Source of the DNA: a virus
Lineage: Duplodnaviria > Caudoviricetes
Reading direction: 5' to 3' (one strand)
IMG/VR virus record: IMGVR_UViG_3300033121_001789
Location: 1-64,000 of that record
Length of the DNA: 64,000 nucleotides
Both the position numbers and the translations under genes were made by a program. A model generated the notes under the pieces. It saw nothing but the letters and a program-made list of their open reading frames with translations. It was not told where the DNA came from and made no database searches. Shown here piece after piece: positions 57,408 through 64,000 of this stretch. The stretch's first letter is position 1. Each line of letters starts with the position of its first letter.

Positions 57408-57944
57408 TTAAACAGGAATTCTAACCTTATTATATTTTATCAATAATCGATACATTTTCTCAAATTCGGATTCTGGATCAGTAATTTTTCTTTCTATCCA
57501 CTTATTATTATTAAATGTCTCAACTATCATGCCCTCCTTAAAATCCTCTTTCTTTTTTGGGAAAAAATATAATTGTTTTTCAATAAATGAAAAGGATGTT
57601 CCCTCATAAATATATGATTTATTATCGAAATCAGTATTATAGAACAAAACCCCAAGTGGATGTTCTCCACCATTTCCGTATATCCTCTTAGGAGACGATT
57701 CTTCAGAATATTTAATAATAAGAGATTCTTGTCCAAAATTTTCTATTAGATGCATAGCATCTTTTCGTATTTCATCATTAGATAATTTTGTAAATGCAAT
57801 AAAGGAATTTTCAAAAACCCCCTTGTGAAAAGATTTCATATCAATTAAGTAATAATCTCTAGAATATAAATATGATGTAATTCCAGAAATATTATCTGAA
57901 GAAGATATAATGTAAGATAGTTTCGGATCTTTTAAATTTAACAT
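57408..57944 (-). CDS. hypothetical protein
   Basis: ORF track; TAATATATA at 57950-57958. Confidence 0.7.
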   Translation of the reverse strand: MLNLKDPKLSYIISSSDNISGITSYLYSRDYYLIDMKSFHKGVFENSFIAFTKLSNDEIRKDAMHLIENFGQESLIIKYSEESSPKRIYGNGGEHPLGVLFYNTDFDNKSYIYEGTSFSFIEKQLYFFPKKKEDFKEGMIVETFNNNKWIERKITDPESEFEKMYRLLIKYNKVRIPV

Positions 57945-57996
57945 TTGTTTATATATTAAAATTGATTATTTCAATAAAATATTTAATATATAAGAA

Positions 57997-60900
57997 ATGA
58001 AAAACCTCAGACTATTTGAAGAAATGGATACGGAAATAGGGGCAGAAAAGCCAAAACAAAAAAATTCCGAGAAAACAAAGACTCCAATTTTAGATGCTAT
58101 TGGAAAAGATTTAACAAAATTAGCGGCTGAAGAAAAATTAGAGCCAGTACAAGGGAGAGAAGAAGAGATTCAAGAAGTACTTCTAATATTAGGTAGGAAA
58201 ACAAAAAATAATCCAGTTATAATTGGTGAGCCAGGAGTTGGTAAAACTGCCATAGTTGAGGGAATTGCTCAAATGATAGCTAGCAAAAAGTGTCCTCGTG
58301 CAATTCAAGGCAAAAGGATTATATACGTTGATATGGGATCTTTAATTGCTGGAGCTTCTAAACAAGGTGAATTTGAAATGCGTATTAAATCGCTGTTAGA
58401 GGAATTAGAAAAAAATAAAGATATACTATTATTTATAGATGAAATTCATATGATGGTCAATCCAAATATGTCAATTGATGCTGCAAACATGTTTAAACCA
58501 GCTTTGGCTCGTGGTGATATGAGATTGATTGGAGCTACAACTCTAAATGAATTTAGAAATTCAATTGAGAAAGATGGTGCACTTGACAGGAGATTTCAAA
58601 AAGTTATTATTGAAGAACCAACAAATGAACAAACATTAGCAATTTTAAATCGAATTAAAAGTAGATATGAAGACTATCATTTAGTTAAATATACTGATGA
58701 CGCAATACTAGCATGTGTTAAATTAAGTGGGAAATACATAACTGATAGATTTTTTCCAGATAAGGCTATCGATTTAATGGATGAGGTTGGATCTAAAGCT
58801 AGATTATTAGCTCCGGACAATGAGCCTGAGGAAATAGTTAAGTTGGCAAAAAAAGTTGACGAATTAAAAGCTGAGATCATGGTAAAGACAAAGGCTCAGG
58901 ATTACCAAAAAGCTGTAGAATTAAGACAAGTTGAAAAAAGACTATCTGAAGAATTAGCAGATAAAAGAAGTAAATTAGATATACCAAAGGTCGAAGTAAA
59001 TAAAAATGATGTTGCCAAAATAATATCTAAAAAAATAGGAGTACCAGCTGAGAAAATAACATCTGATGAAGGAGAAAAACTTCTAAAAATGGAAGATGAT
59101 TTAAAATTACAAATAATAGGACAAGATGAAGCGGTTTCCAAAATATCTAAATGCATTCGTAGAAGTCGAGCTGGACTAAGAGACCCAAAAAAACCAGCAG
59201 TATTTTTATTCTTAGGATCAACAGGGACAGGTAAATGTCATGGAAGAGGGACAAAAATACTAATGTATGATGGATCTATTAAAAATGTTGAAGATATTAA
59301 AGTAGGAGATCAATTAATGGGTGACGATTCTAAACCTAGAAATGTTCTTTCATTAGCCACAGGCAAAGACAATATTTACAAGATAAAATATAAATCTGGT
59401 AGCTTTACTTGCAATTCTGAACATATTTTATCACTAAAAGAAACTGGAAAATATAACATAATCAATATACCATTAAATGAATATTTGAAAAAAAATAAAA
59501 CATTTAAACACACACACAAATTATGGAGCACTAAAGTTGAATTTGAAGAATCAAAAATAACAATTGATCCTTATATGATCGGACTTTGGCTAGGAGATGG
59601 TGATAAAAATAGAGTTTCTATAACAACTGCTGATTCTGAGATAGTGAACTATTTGGAAAATACAGCTAAAAATTATAACCTAAAAGTTTATAAAAACAAT
59701 TTGAAAAATAACAAGAGTGATGTATATTGTCTAACTGGAGAAAACTGGACAAACAATAAAAATGAATTACTAAATGAATTTAGGAATTATGGACTAATAG
59801 ACAAAAATAAAAATTATACCAAATTCATACCCGATATTTATCTACATAATTCAATAGAAAATAGGAAAAAATTGTTATCTGGACTAATTGATAGTGATGG
59901 ATATATTTCCAACAATTGTTATCTAATAACCACAAAATATAGTGAACTAGCTGATCAAATAGTTTATCTATGCAAATCTCTTGGATATATGGCAACAAAG
60001 TCAAAAAAAGATGTTAAGAAATATCCAAAAAATACTTATTATAATATAAACATATCTGGAGATTTTGATTTAAATTCTTATATTCTTTTAGATAGGAAAA
60101 AACACAAATCAAGAAATCAAAAAAAGAATGTTAATTTATTCTCCTTTGATGTAGAACATATCGGATATGATGACTACTTTGGATTTGAATTAGATGGCAA
60201 TCATCTATATTTGTTGCAAGATTTTGTTGTAACACATAATACACATACCGTAAAAACATTAGCTAAATATTTATTTGGATCTGAAGATGCGATGATAAGA
60301 TTTGATATGAGTGAGTATGGAGAGAAACATAATGTTTCGAGATTAATTGGCTCCCCTCCAGGATATGTAGGATATGGTGAAGGAGGACAACTAACCGAGA
60401 AAGTTAGAAGAAAGCCATATTGTATAATATTATTAGATGAGTTAGAAAAAGCTCACCCAGAAGTATTAAATGTATTACTACAAGTTTTTGATGATGGACA
60501 ATTAACTGATGGACAAGGAAGAAAAGTTAATTTCAAAAATACTATTATAATAATGACATCCAATATAGGAAGTTCGGCAGTCAAAGATATGAGAATGCCA
60601 ATGGGGTTCAATGCATCGAAAATTTCTAGAAACGATAATATGAAAGATCTAATCAAAAAAGAATTAAAGAAAAAATTAGCTCCAGAATTTATTAATAGAA
60701 TCGATGATATAATTATATTCTCACAATTACCTAAAGAAAGTATATACAAAATTATTGATATTGAAATAAATAAATTATCAAAAAGAGTTGAAGAAATGGG
60801 TTATCATATCAGTATAACTGACAATGTTAGAAAATTAATAATGGATAATGGTTATGATGAGGAAATGGGGGCTAGACCGCTTAAAAGAGCTATTGAAACA

Positions 60901-61083
60901 CTAATAGAAGATCCTATATCTGAAGAAATTTTAAGAGGTGCTATAAAAGATGCCATAAATGTTGACTACGATCCACAAACTAAAAATTTAAGTATTAATG
61001 GGAATGTTATTAAAGAATCTTTAAAATTTATAAAGAAATTCAGAATGATAATTGAGAAAAAATTTCAGAAATTTAAATACTAA
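57997..61083 (+). CDS. clpC: ClpC-like AAA+ ATPase lacking the Clp N-domain, with an intein
   Basis: GEPGVGKT, FIDEIH, GATT, ALDRRFQ, PDKAIDL, UVR-like M-domain, GSTGTGK|T, DMSEY, MGF loop, GARPLKR. Confidence 0.88.
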   Translation: MKNLRLFEEMDTEIGAEKPKQKNSEKTKTPILDAIGKDLTKLAAEEKLEPVQGREEEIQEVLLILGRKTKNNPVIIGEPGVGKTAIVEGIAQMIASKKCPRAIQGKRIIYVDMGSLIAGASKQGEFEMRIKSLLEELEKNKDILLFIDEIHMMVNPNMSIDAANMFKPALARGDMRLIGATTLNEFRNSIEKDGALDRRFQKVIIEEPTNEQTLAILNRIKSRYEDYHLVKYTDDAILACVKLSGKYITDRFFPDKAIDLMDEVGSKARLLAPDNEPEEIVKLAKKVDELKAEIMVKTKAQDYQKAVELRQVEKRLSEELADKRSKLDIPKVEVNKNDVAKIISKKIGVPAEKITSDEGEKLLKMEDDLKLQIIGQDEAVSKISKCIRRSRAGLRDPKKPAVFLFLGSTGTGKCHGRGTKILMYDGSIKNVEDIKVGDQLMGDDSKPRNVLSLATGKDNIYKIKYKSGSFTCNSEHILSLKETGKYNIINIPLNEYLKKNKTFKHTHKLWSTKVEFEESKITIDPYMIGLWLGDGDKNRVSITTADSEIVNYLENTAKNYNLKVYKNNLKNNKSDVYCLTGENWTNNKNELLNEFRNYGLIDKNKNYTKFIPDIYLHNSIENRKKLLSGLIDSDGYISNNCYLITTKYSELADQIVYLCKSLGYMATKSKKDVKKYPKNTYYNINISGDFDLNSYILLDRKKHKSRNQKKNVNLFSFDVEHIGYDDYFGFELDGNHLYLLQDFVVTHNTHTVKTLAKYLFGSEDAMIRFDMSEYGEKHNVSRLIGSPPGYVGYGEGGQLTEKVRRKPYCIILLDELEKAHPEVLNVLLQVFDDGQLTDGQGRKVNFKNTIIIMTSNIGSSAVKDMRMPMGFNASKISRNDNMKDLIKKELKKKLAPEFINRIDDIIIFSQLPKESIYKIIDIEINKLSKRVEEMGYHISITDNVRKLIMDNGYDEEMGARPLKRAIETLIEDPISEEILRGAIKDAINVDYDPQTKNLSINGNVIKESLKFIKKFRMIIEKKFQKFKY
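59236..60240 (+). mobile_element. intein (335 aa) with LAGLIDADG endonuclease in the second Walker A motif
   Basis: GTGK|CHGRGT...VVTHN|T; IGLWLGDG and LSGLIDSDG blocks. Confidence 0.95.
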
Positions 61084-62275
61084 AATATTCGGATATTTTT
61101 GATTGAAAAATATCATTAACAAAATCCTTCCATTGTTTTGAAACAATTATCGAGTCATGTACTGTTATAATCTTAATTTCTGGATTAATTAACATAATTG
61201 TTTTAACGACATCATTAAATATTAAATTAGATTCCATTTTCTGTAATTCATAAGCCAATGTCCTATAATCACCCTTCTCTTTCTTAAAGCTTTTAATAAA
61301 ATCATAAATGCTTGGAAAAATCCTATGAAAATATTTATCCCATTTTGAATTTTTATGATTTTTCCCAAAAAAGACCTTATATGTTAGTTCTTTTGCCTGT
61401 GATTTATCTTTTAGTTTTAAATTATCCATTAGAAATTGATAATAATTGCCATTCTGAACTAAAATTGAAAATAAATTAAATTCAGATTGATCAATTGGAT
61501 AATTTAAATCTTGTATTAATTTTGATAAAAATAATGGTTGACTATTTGGTATATCAATTTCACAAGTTTCCGTACCCTCGATTAAAAGACAGTTTTTTCG
61601 TATAAATGATTTTAAAATTGTGAAATTAGAATGCATTCTACCATAAGTATCAAAATGATGAAATATGTAACCCTCATTAATTGAGTCCACCGAATATCTA
61701 TTCCGAGTATAAATTGAATCTCCTTTTAGGGTATCTAAATAAAATATTGTTTTATCATATTGTATCTTAACAGAATATAGATCAGAAACAAGTTTTTCCC
61801 TAACCATAATATCAATAAGATTATTTTCAATTTGATACTTATTGTAAATTTTTTTAATAAGAATTTTATCAAAATTCTTATATCGTATTATCTCATTTGA
61901 AATAATATCTTTATTCAAAATATAAGTTCTCGATATTTTTCCCTTTAAATAGTTTTTCTTCAACACAATAACTCCATTATCCACTAAATATTGTATATAA
62001 TAGTTGTATTGATGACCATATTTATCTTTCAATACTGTTGAATTTAACACAAATAAATTATCTTTTTTAAAGTAGTACTTCAATATTAAATTATGTACTA
62101 TATCAATGATATAGTCACTTTTTAGGGAGATTTCCTTATATGTGATTTTCTTTTTATTCGATAAGTAAGATAGAGAAGAGGGCAAAAATTGTAAGGAATA
62201 CGAGATTCGTCGATTCTCCTTATTTTTTTTTAAAGTCGATTGTAGCATTAAATTTTGAGGTAAAGTTTCTATCAT
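61073..62275 (-). CDS. protein with PolA-like palm motifs
   Basis: GRMHS, EIDIPNSQP, KELTY, LQKMES, TVHDSI. Confidence 0.6.
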   Translation of the reverse strand: MIETLPQNLMLQSTLKKNKENRRISYSLQFLPSSLSYLSNKKKITYKEISLKSDYIIDIVHNLILKYYFKKDNLFVLNSTVLKDKYGHQYNYYIQYLVDNGVIVLKKNYLKGKISRTYILNKDIISNEIIRYKNFDKILIKKIYNKYQIENNLIDIMVREKLVSDLYSVKIQYDKTIFYLDTLKGDSIYTRNRYSVDSINEGYIFHHFDTYGRMHSNFTILKSFIRKNCLLIEGTETCEIDIPNSQPLFLSKLIQDLNYPIDQSEFNLFSILVQNGNYYQFLMDNLKLKDKSQAKELTYKVFFGKNHKNSKWDKYFHRIFPSIYDFIKSFKKEKGDYRTLAYELQKMESNLIFNDVVKTIMLINPEIKIITVHDSIIVSKQWKDFVNDIFQSKISEYFSI

Positions 62276-62320
62276 ATCTATTATAGAAAAAAATAGACTT
62301 TCGGGTGAGATGGATTAAAT

Positions 62321-62346
62321 AAAAAAGTCCGAAAATTTCGGACTTT
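62321..62346 (-). terminator. intrinsic terminator
   Basis: AAAGTCCGAAA-A-TTTCGGACTTT hairpin with a U tract on the minus strand. Confidence 0.75.
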
Positions 62347-62373
62347 ATTTTATTTCTTAATCTTTTATATTTC

Positions 62374-62685
62374 TTAATCTTTTATTAACTTATTCAACTT
62401 TCTATGACGTAAATAAGCCTGATGTATTTCATTAAACTCACTAAGAGAATCTGGATATATGATTTCACCTTCCTTTCTGTAATAAATTCTATGTTTATGA
62501 ATATAAACGCCTTTTGTTGAATCTGATTTTACTCTTCGAAAGTAATACCTTTTTTTGAATATTACCAACTTTCTTATTTTATCATATCGACTTAAAAAAG
62601 AAAAAATTTCATAAATTCTAGAATCATATTTGGTTTGCGCATAAACTGGTTGACGAAGTTGTGAGAAAGGTTTAATGTCTTCCAC
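62374..62685 (-). CDS. hypothetical protein with the shared C-terminal motif
   Basis: Ends LRHRKLNKLIKD. Confidence 0.65.
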   Translation of the reverse strand: MEDIKPFSQLRQPVYAQTKYDSRIYEIFSFLSRYDKIRKLVIFKKRYYFRRVKSDSTKGVYIHKHRIYYRKEGEIIYPDSLSEFNEIHQAYLRHRKLNKLIKD

Positions 62686-62686
62686 T

Positions 62687-62974
62687 TTATGATAAAGTTC
62701 TTTTTAAAGCTTTACTTGTACTAGACCAGAAATCATTCCAGAAGTCATTTATTTGACCATCAAAGTCGTATAAACCAAGAGATTCTAATTGTGCCCACAC
62801 CAAAGAGAATAACAACTTAATCATTTTCTTTTTCTCTTGTTCAGAAGATGAAGATATAAATTCCTTATAAAAAATGTGGTCTGAATTAAGTCTAATTATA
62901 AGTTTAGTATTTTGTCGTGTTATATCCCAAAACTCACCTGTTTCTCCCCCATTATAGAGATTTATATCTAACAA
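62687..62974 (-). CDS. hypothetical protein
   Basis: ORF track. Confidence 0.6.
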   Translation of the reverse strand: MLDINLYNGGETGEFWDITRQNTKLIIRLNSDHIFYKEFISSSSEQEKKKMIKLLFSLVWAQLESLGLYDFDGQINDFWNDFWSSTSKALKRTLS

Positions 62975-63053
62975 ATTTTTATCGTAGTGTAAATTATCTC
63001 TTTTTAAAAATTTTTGTTTTAGGGACTAATAATATACTAATATATACAAGTAT

Positions 63054-63203
63054 ATGAAAGCTAAAGAAGTGATGGAAAAGTATGACATAAGTAGAAACAC
63101 TCTATCAACATGGGTTAAAAAAGGTTGGATTCAAGTAGAAATTCTCCCATCTGGAAGATATAGATATAAAATAATTGAAAGAAAAAATGTTCAAAGCAAG
63201 TAA
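63054..63203 (+). CDS. small MerR-type HTH protein, 49 aa (not in ORF track)
   Basis: MKAKEVMEKYDISRNTLSTWVKKGWI...LPSGRYRY. Confidence 0.7.
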   Translation: MKAKEVMEKYDISRNTLSTWVKKGWIQVEILPSGRYRYKIIERKNVQSK

Positions 63204-64000
63204 AGAAAAGTTATTAAATAATTTTATTGAGAAATGTATGAAAATACACGGAGATAAATATGACTACTCTTTGGTCAAATATACAAATAACAAAACAAAG
63301 GTTAAAATTATTTGTAAAGAACATGGAATTTTTGAACAAAGACCAGATTGTCATACACATCAAGGATGTCCTCGTTGTAGCGGGAATGTGAAAATAACAA
63401 ATAATGAATTCATTTTAAGAGCTAATCAAAAACACCAAATCAAATACGACTATTCACTAACAAACTATAAAAATAATAGCACAAAAGTGAAAATAATCTG
63501 CCAACAACATGGAATATTTGAACAAAGTCCGAAAGACCATATTAGAGGAATAGGATGTTGGAAATGTAAGAAGAATTATCCACTAACACAATATGATTTT
63601 CTGAGTAAAGCAAAAGAAATACATGGTGATAATTATGATTATTCTAAAAGTGAATACATATCAGCACTGACTAAATTAACAATAATTTGCAAAAGACATG
63701 GTGAGTTTAAACAAACTCCAAATAAACACTTAACACTAGAACAAGGATGTCCAAGGTGTAAAAAGAGTAAAAAAATGAATGAAATATGCCTAATTTTAGA
63801 AAAAAATAATATTTATTATGAAAATGAAAAAACAATTAAAGGATGTGTTTCGAAAAATAACAAACTATTATATTTCGACATTTTTATAGAAAGTAAGAAT
63901 TTAGCAATAGAATACGATGGTGAGCAACATTTTAGACCGGTAGAAAACTGGGGAGGTGAAAAATCACTCAAAGAGGTAAAAGAGAGAGATGCGATAAAAA
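63187..64000 (+). CDS. DUF723-repeat homing endonuclease, running off the right edge
   Basis: Three HGDKYDYS...IICK.HG.F.Q repeats; FDIFI...AIEYDGEQH. Confidence 0.85.
   Translation, partial: MFKASKEKLLNNFIEKCMKIHGDKYDYSLVKYTNNKTKVKIICKEHGIFEQRPDCHTHQGCPRCSGNVKITNNEFILRANQKHQIKYDYSLTNYKNNSTKVKIICQQHGIFEQSPKDHIRGIGCWKCKKNYPLTQYDFLSKAKEIHGDNYDYSKSEYISALTKLTIICKRHGEFKQTPNKHLTLEQGCPRCKKSKKMNEICLILEKNNIYYENEKTIKGCVSKNNKLLYFDIFIESKNLAIEYDGEQHFRPVENWGGEKSLKEVKERDAIK

Noticed and set aside
63054-63203. IS607 transposon
   Set aside because: Only the MerR-like HTH is present, with no serine recombinase domain or TnpB; the next gene is a DUF723 endonuclease.
1-64000. Stop-codon reassignment as in some jumbo phages
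   Set aside because: nrdA, nrdB, thyA, the helicases and ClpC are full length in the standard code; TAG and TGA both end genes at sensible positions.
1-64000. CRISPR array, cas genes, reverse transcriptase, DGR or retron
   Set aside because: No regularly spaced direct repeats and no RT or Cas motifs were seen.

Overview
This is a very AT-rich, gene-dense segment of a jumbo phage with T4-like core genes, read in the standard genetic code. The host is probably Bacteroidota, inferred from TAnnTTTG promoters, A-rich SD-less start regions, DUF6576-like tails and Bacteroidota-style attC-like hairpins. It carries replication and nucleotide genes (gp41-like helicase, N-terminal half of a split family-B polymerase, DinG-like helicase, RuvC-like resolvase, nrdA, nrdB, thymidylate synthase, Fpg/Nei), GreA, an intein-containing ClpC-like ATPase, glycosyltransferases, five DNA methyltransferase genes (one truncated), a probable restriction-modification module, tail/baseplate-like genes and several homing endonucleases. 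The best candidate for an undescribed system is a minus-strand tRNA operon at 3759-4735. There, an unannotated 26-codon leader peptide (MTNNNNISLLTSSYEGYEYEPKFVVG) with a Tyr/Glu control run precedes an antiterminator/terminator pair, which gates an array of only tRNA-Glu and tRNA-Tyr or Tyr-like genes. This is the layout of ribosome-mediated attenuation, here applied to phage tRNA genes. The cluster also holds two D-armless tRNA-like RNAs and an initiator-type tRNA with a 23-nt anticodon insertion. Other notable signals are an integron-like attC cassette carrying a methyltransferase, a shared N-terminal capsid-targeting-like motif on about 17 proteins, a mutually exclusive C-terminal motif on 9 proteins, and three promoter classes. 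All calls come from reading the sequence by eye; no searches were run.
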